Shown: one piece after another, positions 32,892 through 42,730 of the stretch
How the letters are laid out: each line of letters begins with the position of its first letter
Position numbering within the stretch: the stretch's first letter is position 1
Assembly (NCBI GenBank): GCA_033763995.1
Contig: JANRJL010000056.1
Coordinates: forward strand, 45,718 to 109,717
Length of the DNA stretch: 64,000 bases
Direction: 5' to 3'
DNA from: Rhodospirillaceae bacterium
GTDB lineage: Bacteria; Pseudomonadota; Alphaproteobacteria; Rhodospirillales; Rhodospirillaceae
The notes under the pieces: model-generated
What the model saw: only the letters and a program-made list of their open reading frames with translations
What the model was told of the DNA's origin: nothing
The model's database searches: none
Program-made: the position numbers and the translations under genes

Positions 32892-34097
32892 ATGACGACA
32901 GCCGCCACCTCCGCTTCAGCCACCGATCCGCACGACGAGGGCTTCGGGCTCTATGTCCATTGGCCCTTTTGCGTCTCCAAATGCCCTTATTGTGACTTCA
33001 ACAGCCATGTGGCCGAGCGCATCGAGCAGCGGGCGTGGCATGAGGCTTATTTGCGCGAACTCGGCCATTTCGCCGCGCAAACGGCCGGGCGCACGCTGAC
33101 CAGCATTTTTTTCGGTGGCGGCACACCGTCGCTGATGGATCCAAGTACGGCCGAGGCCGTGATCGCGGCGGCCAAAGCCCATTGGTCGGCCTTGCCCGAT
33201 CTCGAGATCACGTTGGAAGCCAATCCTGGCACGGTGGATGCGGCCCGCTTTCAGGCGATTCGCGACGCCGGCGTCAATCGCCTGTCCATGGGCGTGCAAT
33301 CGCTGAACGAGCGCGACCTCCAGTTTCTGGGCCGCAAGCACTCCGTCGACGAGGCGCGCACGGCGTGGCGCGCCGCGGCGAAGATTTTCCCGCGTGTGTC
33401 TTTCGATTTGATCTACGCACGGCCAGGTCAAGACGGCGCTTCATGGCGCGGCGAATTGGCCGAGGCCTTGCGCGAGGTGCGCGACAACGGCATTTCGCAC
33501 CTGTCGCTCTATCAGCTCACCATGGAAGAGGGCACCGCCATGGCCGCCGATCATGCGCGCGGGGCATTTGCACTTCCGGACGATGACACCGCGGCCGACA
33601 TGTTCGAGGCCACGCAAGAACTGTGCGAGGCCGCGGGCTTTCCCGCCTACGAGATTTCCAATCATGCCGCGCCGGGACAGGAGTGCCGCCACAATCTCAT
33701 CTATTGGCGCGGCGGCGATTACGTCGGCATCGGGCCGGGAGCGCATGGACGACTGACGCTGCCGACCGGCGCGGCGGCGACGCGGCAGATCAAAGCGCCG
33801 GCGCTGTGGCTCAAGCGCGTGGCCGCCGACGGGCATGGCACACAGGACGTCGAAGCCATCGATACTCACGCGCGCGCCGAAGAGTTGATGATGATGGGAC
33901 TGCGCCTGACCGAAGGCGTTCACATCGCGCGCTTCGAGAGATTGGCGGGCGTGACTTTCGACACCGTCATTGACGCTGCGGCATGCGAACGTCTGATGGT
34001 GCAAGGATTCCTGGAAAAGAAAAACGGCCGCCTAATTGCGACACCCGGCGGCCGTCTTGCCTTGAACGAAGTCTTGCGCCAACTCCTGGCGCGGTAA
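32892..34097 (+). CDS. hemW: Radical SAM heme chaperone HemW (HemN-like, oxygen-independent coproporphyrinogen oxidase family)
   Basis: 401 aa. LYVHWPFCVSKCPYCDF (CxxxCxxC), GGGTPS and a HemN_C-like C-terminus. Confidence 0.9.
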   Translation: MTTAATSASATDPHDEGFGLYVHWPFCVSKCPYCDFNSHVAERIEQRAWHEAYLRELGHFAAQTAGRTLTSIFFGGGTPSLMDPSTAEAVIAAAKAHWSALPDLEITLEANPGTVDAARFQAIRDAGVNRLSMGVQSLNERDLQFLGRKHSVDEARTAWRAAAKIFPRVSFDLIYARPGQDGASWRGELAEALREVRDNGISHLSLYQLTMEEGTAMAADHARGAFALPDDDTAADMFEATQELCEAAGFPAYEISNHAAPGQECRHNLIYWRGGDYVGIGPGAHGRLTLPTGAAATRQIKAPALWLKRVAADGHGTQDVEAIDTHARAEELMMMGLRLTEGVHIARFERLAGVTFDTVIDAAACERLMVQGFLEKKNGRLIATPGGRLALNEVLRQLLAR

Positions 34098-34098
34098 G

Positions 34099-35262
34099 TT
34101 ACTTCGTTCCCGAGACCATGAACCAGGAGACGTGCACGCCCTTGGACTCGTCGAAGAACCCCTTGGTGCCTTTCTTGGCCTCCTTGGTCGCGTCCTGAAA
34201 ACCCGTCTGTACGTCCTTGAAACCGGCATCCATCACCAGCTTCTTGAAGTCGGTCGTGAGCGCGCCGCGCCAGAAGGGCTCGTTATTGTAGAAAATCTCG
34301 AAGTCGCCGCGGATGCGGCCCCAGGTGTCGAGCGTGCCGTAGTGGCCCGGCACTTCCAGGTGAATCATCACACCGCCCGGCTTCAGAATACGCCGGCACT
34401 CGGCCATGATGCGCGGCAGCGCGGCATGCGAGGTTTCGTGCAGCACGGCGGAGGAATAGACCAAATCGAAGTGATTGTCGGGGAAGTTGGTCGTCTCGGC
34501 ATTTTGTTGGGAGTAATGCACGCCCACGCCCACGTGCTCGGAGCGCGCCCAGGCATAACGTAAGAGCCCCGCGCCCACGTCGATGGCGTGAACCTCGGCC
34601 TTCGGGAAGTAACTCGCCACGGCGACGGTGGTGTGACCCACGGTGCAGCCGACGTCGAGAATGCGTTGCGGCGCATGGTCGGGCCAGCGCTCGAAGAAAT
34701 GCGACACGATGGTATGGCCGCGGATATCGTTCATGAACCCGCCATTGCGGCCCATGTGATAGATCGCCGCCGCCCGGTCGAACACCGCGCCCTGGCGCAC
34801 GTCGTTGGCCTTGGTCACGGCGTGATAGTTGCCCGGCATGCAGTGAATGTCGAAGGCGTCGATGTAGCGCGGCACGACGAAATTGGGATCGAGCGTCAGC
34901 GAGCCCTTGGGGTTCTTGACGTCGGCCTTGGTGATCAACTCATCGAGTTGGCGATCGACGCAAGTGCCGACGCTGTCCCACATCATTTCTTGGGCCGTGC
35001 GCACCAGGGTGGCCCAGTCCTGATAGTCGACTTCCTTTTCCATCTCGCCGCGCACTTGAATGTGGTTCTCGGGCGCGCGGCCGCTCTTTTTGGTCATCTC
35101 AGGAATGACTTTGTTGTTCATGAGTTTGGCCTGGGCCGGCTCGATCTCACGGAATATGAATGTTTTCAGGTCCGAGACAAAAAATTGCTCGGCCATCTCG
35201 TCGTGACTGACCTTGGGCATCATCGGATGCGGCTCGGTCATGGAGGCGTTGGGGATCGACAT
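34099..35262 (-). CDS. Class I SAM-dependent methyltransferase with a ~190-aa N-terminal extension
   Basis: Motif I ILDVGCTVGHTT, post-I AIDVG and motif III-like LKPGGVMIHLE. GGAGAG Shine-Dalgarno sequence 6 nt upstream of ATG 35262. Substrate unknown. Confidence 0.8.
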   Translation of the reverse strand: MSIPNASMTEPHPMMPKVSHDEMAEQFFVSDLKTFIFREIEPAQAKLMNNKVIPEMTKKSGRAPENHIQVRGEMEKEVDYQDWATLVRTAQEMMWDSVGTCVDRQLDELITKADVKNPKGSLTLDPNFVVPRYIDAFDIHCMPGNYHAVTKANDVRQGAVFDRAAAIYHMGRNGGFMNDIRGHTIVSHFFERWPDHAPQRILDVGCTVGHTTVAVASYFPKAEVHAIDVGAGLLRYAWARSEHVGVGVHYSQQNAETTNFPDNHFDLVYSSAVLHETSHAALPRIMAECRRILKPGGVMIHLEVPGHYGTLDTWGRIRGDFEIFYNNEPFWRGALTTDFKKLVMDAGFKDVQTGFQDATKEAKKGTKGFFDESKGVHVSWFMVSGTK

Positions 35263-35284
35263 GATGACTCTCCGATAGAGCGAC

Positions 35285-35689
35285 CTAGGCCGCGTTGATT
35301 TCCTTGACGAGGCGTTCCAACTCGATTTCGTCGACGGGCGTTTCGTAGCGCGCCAGGTCTTCCTTCAGGACACGGAAGACCTTGCGCAGCAATCGTTGGC
35401 GCTGCGCCGAGCGTTCGGCCACCACGGCGGGCGCCGGTTGGAAGGTTTCGACATCTTCCTTGCGGAACAGCTTGCGCGCCTCGGCGATGCGTTCGTGAGT
35501 ATCGAGCCGATCGCGCAAGATCGACACCTCGGCGGTCAGCGCCGTGACCATGGCCATGAGCTGATCGATGGCGCGGTCGTCGTGAAACTGGGGCTGCTTG
35601 CCCTTGGCGACCCAAACCTTTTCCTTCGGGCTTCCGAGGCCCGGCGCGGCAACCATGTGCTTCCCCATCGTTGGCAAAAGACGAGGCAT
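35285..35689 (-). CDS. Small helical/coiled-coil protein of unknown function
   Basis: 134-aa ORF whose stop is 22 nt upstream of the methyltransferase start. Predicted helical segments (IDQLMAMVTALTAEVSILRDRLDTHERIAEARKLF; QRQRLLRKVFRVLKEDLARYE). The start could be ATG 35656, which has GGGGAAG upstream. No family recognised. Confidence 0.5.
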   Translation of the reverse strand: MPRLLPTMGKHMVAAPGLGSPKEKVWVAKGKQPQFHDDRAIDQLMAMVTALTAEVSILRDRLDTHERIAEARKLFRKEDVETFQPAPAVVAERSAQRQRLLRKVFRVLKEDLARYETPVDEIELERLVKEINAA

Positions 35690-35732
35690 TGTGCCCGAGT
35701 CGAGGCCATGCCTTCCAATGCGGTTTTACGTT

Positions 35733-35747
35733 ATAGTCATGCCTTAT
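35733..35747. promoter_or_regulatory. Candidate LysR-type T-N11-A box (ATAGTCATGCCTTAT)
   Basis: ATA-N9-TAT dyad in the 94-bp divergent spacer between the small-protein/methyltransferase operon and the LysR gene. Confidence 0.35.
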
Positions 35748-35783
35748 TAGTATGACTTCTCCGACTCGCCACGGGAGACCGGC

Positions 35784-36731
35784 ATGGATTTCGAGCGCCT
35801 GAGGCAGTTCGTCATGGTGGCCAAACGCGGCTCCATCGGCCAGGCGGCCGCCGCGCTCAATATCACGCAACCGGCGCTGACGCGCAGCCTGCAGCGCATG
35901 GAGAAAGAGCTGGGCGGACGGCTGTTCGAGCGCGGCCCGCGCGGCGTGGTGCCCACGGCCTTCGGCGAGGCTTACATGCCTTACGCCCAGGCGATTTTGA
36001 ACGAAGCCGAGCGCGCCGAGGCCGAACTGAAGGCGTTCAAGGGCCTCACGAAGGCGCGCGTGCGCATCGGCATTTCGCCGAATTTCGTTTCGTACATCGT
36101 GCCCGACGCCGTGCGGCGCTTGTTCGCAAAGCATCCGGGCGTGACCGTGAGTCTGGCCACGGAAACCTACGAGAATCTCACGCGCATGCTGCGCGGCTAT
36201 GAGATCGATGTCGTGTTTTCGCAGTTCTACGACAACCCCGCCAATCTTGACGTGGCGCCCGGCGAGAACCTGCGCCGGGAAACCCTGTTCGAGAGTTTCT
36301 CGCGCGCCTATGTGCGCGCCGATCATACGCTGGCGAAAAAACGCCGTGCCGGCTTGGCGGAGCTCGTGAAGTATGAGTGGGCGATTCCGTTGCAGATGTC
36401 GCTGGTCTATCGCTTTGAGCACGCCTTCCGCGTCGCGGGGCATGCGGGGCCCGTGCAGAAGATCAACACCTCGTCCATGAGTTTCATGAAATCGGCGGTG
36501 ATGGATTTCGGCTTGCCCGCAGTGGTGCCCGACCATGTCGTGGCGACGGAGGTGGCGGCGGGAACGGTCGTCGCCTTGAGCGCACCGGAGCTGATCTTCG
36601 ATTATCAGGTGGGCCTGTCGTGGCGGGCGCGGGGCACCCACACCCCGGCCATGACGGCCTTGGCCACATTGCTGCGCGAGGTCTCGCGCGAAAAAGAGCC
36701 TGGAGCCCGCAAGCCTAAAAGTCGAAATTAG
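35784..36731 (+). CDS. LysR-family transcriptional regulator
   Basis: 315 aa. N-terminal HTH (FERLRQFVMVAKRGSIGQAAAALNITQPALTRSLQRMEKELGGRLFER) and a LysR substrate-binding domain. Confidence 0.9.
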   Translation: MDFERLRQFVMVAKRGSIGQAAAALNITQPALTRSLQRMEKELGGRLFERGPRGVVPTAFGEAYMPYAQAILNEAERAEAELKAFKGLTKARVRIGISPNFVSYIVPDAVRRLFAKHPGVTVSLATETYENLTRMLRGYEIDVVFSQFYDNPANLDVAPGENLRRETLFESFSRAYVRADHTLAKKRRAGLAELVKYEWAIPLQMSLVYRFEHAFRVAGHAGPVQKINTSSMSFMKSAVMDFGLPAVVPDHVVATEVAAGTVVALSAPELIFDYQVGLSWRARGTHTPAMTALATLLREVSREKEPGARKPKSRN

Positions 36732-36938
36732 ATTTAATATATCTTTGTATTTCATATACTTATCAGGATTTTCTTTTTCTGCGCCGCTTGCTGCTTCAAG
36801 ACCTGAGAAAAGCCCTGGAGACCTCTGAAAAATAGAGACTTTTTGCCTTTCCTTCACGATTCCTTTACGCTGAGCGGAAAGGATGAGGGCCGAAGCGACG
36901 GTAGGGCGGCACGACCAGGGAGCAACCCCGGCGGGCCA

Positions 36939-38174
36939 ATGCTCTACGACCCAGGGGCGCGATTCGGCATGTACAACACCCGGCTCGACGGGCTGACGGA
37001 ATATCCTTTTCAGCGCCTGGCTGCGCTGTTGGCCGGCACCTCGCCCGAGGTGGCGGCTGGCGATCAGATCGTCATGTCCATCGGCGAGCCGCAGCACGCC
37101 CCGCCGGCGTTGCTGCACACGGCCCTCGCGCAAAACCCGCTCGACTGGGGCAAGTATCCGCCGACATCCGGCACACCGGACTTCCGCAAAGCCGTGGCGG
37201 CATGGGCGACGCGCCGCTACCACCTGCCCGCCAACATGCTCGACGGTGACAAGCATTTTTTGCCCGTGGCCGGCAGCCGCGAGGCGTTGTTCATGGCGGC
37301 GCAACTTTGCGTGCCGCCGACGAAGCAAGGCCGCACGCCCACTGTGCTGATGCCCAATCCATTTTATCAGGTGTACTTCGGCGCGGCCGTCATGAACGGC
37401 GCCGAGCCGGTGTTCGTGCCCGCCACCAAAGAAACGGGATTTCAGCCGGACTACGAGAGTGCCAGTGCCGATGCGCTGAGCCGCGCGGCCATGGCCTATG
37501 TGTGCACGCCGGCCAATCCGCAAGGCACGGTGGCGACGTTGGAGCGCTTGAAAGCGGCGATCGGGCTCGCGCGCAAACATGACTTCGTTTTGATTTCCGA
37601 CGAATGCTACTCGGAGATTTACGCCGACACCCCGCCGCCCGGCGCGCTGGAAGCCTGCGCGGCGCTCGGCGGCGACTTGAAAAACGTTCTCGTCTTCAAC
37701 TCGTTGTCCAAGCGCTCCAGCGTGCCGGGCTTGCGCTCGGGCTTCGTCGCGGGCGATGCGGATCTGATCGCCAAGTTCAACAAGCTGCGCTCCCACGGCG
37801 GCGCGGTGCAGCCCGTGCCCGTGCTTAGTGCGTCCATCGCGTTGTGGAACGACGAGCATCATGTCGACGACAACCGCGCGCTGTACCGCGCCAAGTTTGA
37901 CGATGCCGCGCAGATCTTGGGCGGACGCTTCGGCTTCGCGCGGCCCCAGGGCGGATTCTTCCTGTGGCTCGACGTGGGCGACGGCGAGAAAGCCGCGCGC
38001 GCCTTGTGGGCCAAGGGCGGCATCAAGGTGCTGCCCGGCGGCTTCCTGGCGCGGCCCGATGCCGCCGGGAAAAATCCCGGCGCTTCTTACATTCGCGTTG
38101 CTTTGGTGCATGACCGCAATCGCACTGCCGACGCCGTCCAGCGCCTGCGCCGCATTCTTGAAACCAGTTTTTGA
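36939..38174 (+). CDS. dapC: Succinyldiaminopimelate transaminase-like class I aminotransferase
   Basis: N-terminus (M)YNTRLDGLTEYPFQRLAALL...IGEPQHAPP...YPPTSGTPDFRKAVAAWATRRY...LPVAGSREALF fits my recollection of DapC. PLP lysine region SLSKRSSVPGLRSGF. The start is either ATG 36939 or ATG 36969. Confidence 0.8.
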   Translation: MLYDPGARFGMYNTRLDGLTEYPFQRLAALLAGTSPEVAAGDQIVMSIGEPQHAPPALLHTALAQNPLDWGKYPPTSGTPDFRKAVAAWATRRYHLPANMLDGDKHFLPVAGSREALFMAAQLCVPPTKQGRTPTVLMPNPFYQVYFGAAVMNGAEPVFVPATKETGFQPDYESASADALSRAAMAYVCTPANPQGTVATLERLKAAIGLARKHDFVLISDECYSEIYADTPPPGALEACAALGGDLKNVLVFNSLSKRSSVPGLRSGFVAGDADLIAKFNKLRSHGGAVQPVPVLSASIALWNDEHHVDDNRALYRAKFDDAAQILGGRFGFARPQGGFFLWLDVGDGEKAARALWAKGGIKVLPGGFLARPDAAGKNPGASYIRVALVHDRNRTADAVQRLRRILETSF

Positions 38175-38207
38175 CCCCCTGCCTTTGATGAAGTTGAGGT
38201 GAGTTCC

Positions 38208-40658
38208 ATGCCAGCCGCATCCCGCGCCGAGAACGTGCCCTTCCTGCCCCCCGCCTGGGAGGCCCTGCTGAAACGCACGCTGTGGACCTGCTGCGGCATC
38301 GCCGTGCTGCTGCTGCTCGGCGCCGTGGCCGCGGCCCTCGTGACCTATCACCCCGCCGATCCGTCCTTGAACACCGCTTCCAGCGACGCGGCGCGCAACG
38401 CGCTGGGCCTGCCTGGCGCCTACGTGGCCGACATGCTGCTGCAGCTGGTCGGGCTCGGCATCGCGGGGCTGATGTTCGCGGCCATTTCGTGGGGCGTGCG
38501 TCTGGTGCGCGGCGAGGCCGTGGACTGGTTGTGGCTGAGGGCACTTGGCGCCATCGCCGCCGCCATGTGCTTGGCGACCGCCTGGGCGGCCGTGCCGACA
38601 CCGCAAGGCTGGCCCATCACGGCGGGCCTGGGCGGATCCGTCGGCCGCGTGGTGATGGGCTTGGCCACGCTTGAATCCTTCGCGCGCTACACCACCGTAC
38701 CCGTGCTGGGCGATATCCAAGGCCTGATCGCCGCCGGCCTCATGACCGGGCTTGGCTTGTGGCTGATGTTCCTGGCCGCCACCGTGAGCGTGAGGGCCAC
38801 GCTGTCGGGCATGGGCGCCATTGGGCGCGCGGTCTGGGCCGCGCTGAGCGCTTTCGGTGCCACCATAGCCGCGTGGATCTCGCGCCCGAGCGCCGCGACC
38901 GCTGAACCGCCGACCAAGGCCCCACGCCAACGCATCGAACCCACGCTTGATCGCCACGGGATGGAGCGCCCGGCCATGGAACGCACGGCCATGCCCGCCG
39001 ACGAGGACACGGACGACGAAGACGATTTCGCCGACGCGCCCAAAACCAAAGATCACGTCGTCATTCAACACGCGCAGGTCAAGCGGCCCACCAAGAAGGA
39101 ACTGGCCGCGCGGCAAGGCTCGCTGTTGCCCACCGCCAAGAAAGGCTTCTCGCTGCCGCCGCTCGACATGCTGGCCTTGCCCATCGTCGAATCGCGCAAG
39201 ACCGTGAGCAACGAATCGCTCGAAAGCAACGCGCGCATGCTGGAAAGCGTGCTGGAAGATTTCGGCGTCAAGGGCCAGATCGTCAAGGTGCGCCCCGGCC
39301 CCGTGGTCACGCTGTACGAACTGGAACCGGCGCCCGGCACCAAGACGTCGCGCGTGGTGGCCTTGGCCGACGATATCGCGCGCTCCATGAGCGCCGTGGC
39401 CGTGCGCATCGCGGTGATTCCGGGCCGCAGCGTGATTGGAATAGAACTTCCCAACGCTCATCGCGAGACGGTGTACTTCCGCGAGATGCTGGCCACCGAC
39501 GACTTTGAAAAAACCGACGGCAAGTTGATGCTCGCACTCGGCAAGGAAATCGGCGGCGCGCCGATCTTGGCAGACTTGTCGCGCATGCCGCACCTCTTGA
39601 TCGCGGGCACCACCGGCTCGGGCAAGTCGGTGGCGGTCAACACCATGATCATGTCGCTGCTGTACCGGAACACGCCGGCCGACGTGCGCTTCATCATGAT
39701 CGATCCCAAGATGCTGGAACTGTCGGTCTATGACGGCATCCCACATCTGCTCTCGCCCGTGGTCACGGAACCCGGCAAGGCGGTGATGGCGCTGAAGTGG
39801 GTGGTGCGCGAGATGGAGAACCGCTACCGCGCCATGAGCCAACTGAGCGTGCGTAATGTGGCCGGCTACAATCAGCGCCTGATCGAAGCCTCGAAAAAAG
39901 GTCAGGTGATCAAGAAGACGGTGCAGACCGGCTTCGACCCGGGCACCGGCAAGCCCATCTACGAGGAACAAGACCTCGATCTCACGCCATTGCCCTACAT
40001 CGTCGTGATCATCGACGAAATGGCCGACCTGATGCTCGTCGCCGGCAAGGACGTGGAGGCGGCCGTGCAACGCCTGGCGCAGATGGCGCGCGCGGCGGGC
40101 ATTCACGTCATCATGGCGACGCAACGCCCGTCGGTGGACGTCATCACCGGCACCATCAAGGCCAACTTCCCGACGCGCATCTCGTTCCAAGTCACCTCCA
40201 AGATCGACAGCCGCACCATCCTGGGCGAGCAAGGCGCCGAACAACTGCTGGGCCAGGGGGATATGCTGTACATGGCCGCCGGTGGACGCATCACCCGCGT
40301 TCACGGGCCCTTCGTCACGGATAAGGAGGTGGAGAAGATCACCAACTATCTGCGCGAGCAGGCCGAGCCCGACTACCTCGAGGACGTCACCGAGGAACCC
40401 GACCTCAGCGACGTGCCGGGCTTCGCCAATGGATCCTTGGGCGGCAACACCAGCGGCGAGGAAAGCCTGTTCGACCAGGCCGTCGCCGTGGTGGCCCGCG
40501 AGCGCAAGGCCTCCACCAGCTTCATCCAGCGCCACCTCCAGATCGGCTACAACCGCGCCGCGCGGATCATCGAGGAGATGGAAGCCCAAGGCATGGTCGG
40601 CAAACCCAACCACGTGGGCAAACGCGAGGTGCTGCTGCCCGAACCCGTGGGCATGTAG
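38208..40658 (+). CDS. ftsK: DNA translocase FtsK
   Basis: N-terminal 4-5 TM segments, a Pro/Asp-rich linker, a motor domain with Walker A (GTTGSGKSV) and Walker B ([11 protein letters not shown]), and a C-terminal gamma winged helix ([25 protein letters not shown]). ATG 38208 preferred over GTG 38199. Confidence 0.95.
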   Translation: MPAASRAENVPFLPPAWEALLKRTLWTCCGIAVLLLLGAVAAALVTYHPADPSLNTASSDAARNALGLPGAYVADMLLQLVGLGIAGLMFAAISWGVRLVRGEAVDWLWLRALGAIAAAMCLATAWAAVPTPQGWPITAGLGGSVGRVVMGLATLESFARYTTVPVLGDIQGLIAAGLMTGLGLWLMFLAATVSVRATLSGMGAIGRAVWAALSAFGATIAAWISRPSAATAEPPTKAPRQRIEPTLDRHGMERPAMERTAMPADEDTDDEDDFADAPKTKDHVVIQHAQVKRPTKKELAARQGSLLPTAKKGFSLPPLDMLALPIVESRKTVSNESLESNARMLESVLEDFGVKGQIVKVRPGPVVTLYELEPAPGTKTSRVVALADDIARSMSAVAVRIAVIPGRSVIGIELPNAHRETVYFREMLATDDFEKTDGKLMLALGKEIGGAPILADLSRMPHLLIAGTTGSGKSVAVNTMIMSLLYRNTPADVRFIMIDPKMLELSVYDGIPHLLSPVVTEPGKAVMALKWVVREMENRYRAMSQLSVRNVAGYNQRLIEASKKGQVIKKTVQTGFDPGTGKPIYEEQDLDLTPLPYIVVIIDEMADLMLVAGKDVEAAVQRLAQMARAAGIHVIMATQRPSVDVITGTIKANFPTRISFQVTSKIDSRTILGEQGAEQLLGQGDMLYMAAGGRITRVHGPFVTDKEVEKITNYLREQAEPDYLEDVTEEPDLSDVPGFANGSLGGNTSGEESLFDQAVAVVARERKASTSFIQRHLQIGYNRAARIIEEMEAQGMVGKPNHVGKREVLLPEPVGM

Positions 40659-40662
40659 GCCG

Positions 40663-40809
40663 CCTGATATCGCCGGTGGAAATGGCTCTAAACCGCCATT
40701 TCCACCTGTTATGCCTGTTCCTGCAGGGGGGCCCCCAAAAGAACAGGCCCCGGGCCACCTAAGCCTTTGATAAGGCTCAAAACCCGAAAGACCCTGTTTT
40801 GATATCAGG
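40663..40809. repeat. 147-bp cluster of nested palindromes bounded by a 9-bp inverted repeat
   Basis: Outer inverted repeat CCTGATATC (40663..40671) and GATATCAGG (40801..40809). Inner hairpins: GGTGGAAATGGC/GCCATTTCCACC (40675..40706, 12 bp), CCTGTTC/GAACAGG (40714..40747) around GGGGGCCCCC, and AGCCTT/AAGGCT (40762..40777). The first hairpin may terminate ftsK but lacks a T-tract. Confidence 0.7.
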
Positions 40810-40992
40810 GAATTCACGACGCGCGTACTCCGTCATGATGTCAACGACATCGTTTGCCCACCGGGCCAGCACAGACTTTGGTGAAACAGATTGGCGCCGA
40901 TCACAATGTTGGCGCACTTGGCGGCGATGATCTTGATCGGCGCGGAGCCAGCGCGGATTGATCACGGCACAACACGCAGTATACATCACCTC

Positions 40993-41616
40993 ATGAAGAA
41001 TTTCATTCGACTCCTTCTCGCCCTCGTGTTGCTGCCCACCGTGGCCCAGGCGCTTAGCCCTGAGGAAACGGCGGCGGTGAAACGCGCCGAGGACTACATG
41101 AACGCGCTCGGCAATTTGCGGGCGCGCTTCCTGCAGGTGAACCCCGACGGCTCGACGCATGAGGGCAACCTCTACGTGGCGCGGCCGGGCAAGATGCGCA
41201 TCAACTACGACCCGCCGGCCGAGATGCTGGTGGTGGCCGACGGCAAATGGCTGATCTACGTCGACAAGGAAGTGGACGAGACCAGCTATCTCGACTTGGA
41301 CGACACGCCCGCCGGACTGCTGCTGAAGGCCGATATTTCCTTCACCGATAAGGCCGTGAAGCTGCAGGGCGTGCGCCTGGGCAAGAACACGGTGGAGATC
41401 ACCGCCGCCCAGGCCAAGGACCCAGCGGCGGGCAAACTCACCTTCGTGTTTTCCGACGCGCCCTTCGAGCTGCGCCAATGGCGCGTGCTGGACGCGCAAA
41501 ACCAAGAGGTGAGCGTGACGCTGTTCGAGCCGCGCTTCGGCGGCGTCCTCGACAATAAATTGTTCGAGCACGAGCAACCCAAGGACACCCGCGACCCGGA
41601 CCGAAGAGGGGATTAG
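40993..41616 (+). CDS. lolA: Outer-membrane lipoprotein carrier protein LolA
   Basis: ATG 40993 gives the signal peptide MKNFIRLLLALVLLPTVAQA. Has FLQVNPDGSTHEGNLYVARPGKMRINYDPP. Conserved ftsK-lolA synteny. Confidence 0.85.
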   Translation: MKNFIRLLLALVLLPTVAQALSPEETAAVKRAEDYMNALGNLRARFLQVNPDGSTHEGNLYVARPGKMRINYDPPAEMLVVADGKWLIYVDKEVDETSYLDLDDTPAGLLLKADISFTDKAVKLQGVRLGKNTVEITAAQAKDPAAGKLTFVFSDAPFELRQWRVLDAQNQEVSVTLFEPRFGGVLDNKLFEHEQPKDTRDPDRRGD

Positions 41617-41651
41617 GTCCTCACCTCGTCCATAGATTCTCGTTTGCCGAC

Positions 41652-42587
41652 TTAAATCTCCAACGCCGCGAGCGCCCGTTGCAGGCGGGGTGCGGCGAAA
41701 TCGATGAAGGCCCGCAGCTTGGGCGCCATGAGCCGCGCGGGCGGATAGATGATCTGCACCGGCAGGGCCGCCGGCTCGAAGCGCGCAAGCACGCGCACCA
41801 GGCGGCGCGCGCGGATGTCCTTGGCCACCATGTACGACAAGGCCGGCACGATGCCTTCGCCCGCCGCGGCGGCGGCGATGGCGGCGGCGGCATCGTTGAC
41901 CTCAAGCCGGGGCGTGAGGGTCACGTGGTGTTCGCCTTTTTTTGCCCTGGCTCCTGTGTCGGCAAAGCGCAGCTCGCGGCCGGGCATGAGGCTGGTGAAA
42001 GCGATCACGTCGTGGCCTTTGAGTTCCGCCGGTGTCTTGGGCGCACCGCGCGCGGCAACGTAAGCTGGGCTTGCCACCAGCACGCGGCGCACGAGGCCCA
42101 AGTGGCGGGCGAGTAGGCTTGAATCCGGCAAGTCGCCAATACGAATTCCGAGATCGAGGCCTTCCTCCACCAGGTTGACCACGCGGTCCAACAGCACGAG
42201 CGAGGCCGTCACGCGCGGGTGGGCCTCGAGAAAGCGCGCGACGACGGGCGTCAGCACCTCGCGGCCGAAGGTAGCGGACGCCGTGATGCGCAAATGGCCT
42301 TGAGGCACGGCTGCCTCCCCGGCCGCGTCCTTCTCGGCCGTCTCGACATCGGCCAGCACGCGCCGGCTTGCCTCCAGGAACCGGGTGCCCGCCTCGGTGA
42401 TAGCCAAGCGACGGGTGGTGCGGGTGAACAACCGCACGCCCAGCCGATCCTCCAGCGTGGCGATGATGCGCGTGACGGCCGGCGGCGAGAGGCGCAAACG
42501 CGCGCCTGCCTTGGCAAAGCCCCCGGCCTCGGCGGCGGCGGCAAACACGGTCATCTCGCGCAGGCGGTCCATGGAGACGTGTCTCAC
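41652..42587 (-). CDS. LysR-family transcriptional regulator
   Basis: 311 aa. HTH (MTVFAAAAEAGGFAKAGARLRLSPPAVTRIIATLEDRLGVRLFTR). Divergent from a detoxification-type operon. Confidence 0.9.
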   Translation of the reverse strand: MRHVSMDRLREMTVFAAAAEAGGFAKAGARLRLSPPAVTRIIATLEDRLGVRLFTRTTRRLAITEAGTRFLEASRRVLADVETAEKDAAGEAAVPQGHLRITASATFGREVLTPVVARFLEAHPRVTASLVLLDRVVNLVEEGLDLGIRIGDLPDSSLLARHLGLVRRVLVASPAYVAARGAPKTPAELKGHDVIAFTSLMPGRELRFADTGARAKKGEHHVTLTPRLEVNDAAAAIAAAAAGEGIVPALSYMVAKDIRARRLVRVLARFEPAALPVQIIYPPARLMAPKLRAFIDFAAPRLQRALAALEI

Positions 42588-42730
42588 TATTCCATTTATC
42601 GGAATAATTTATTGCAAACGTAGGACATTATTTCAATCGGTTGGTTGAGGCATATCTCGGGGCATCGGCGATGGCGGGCCCGAGGGCTTGGCCAGCGCCG
42701 CAACATCAAACCCCAAAGCGGAGAATCCCC

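Noticed and set aside
35238-40817. 1859-aa minus-strand ORF spanning 5.6 kb, the longest ORF in the window
   Set aside because: It is the in-register antisense shadow of three plus-strand genes with clear family signatures: LysR, the dapC-like gene and ftsK. All three start at coordinates divisible by 3 (35784, 36939, 38208), so they share one frame. In that register an antisense stop arises only from sense TTA, CTA or TCA codons, which a high-GC3 genome avoids. The translated product is Arg/Gly/Ala/His-rich low-information sequence with no recognisable domain. The only notable point is the chance absence of stops in the two short spacers.
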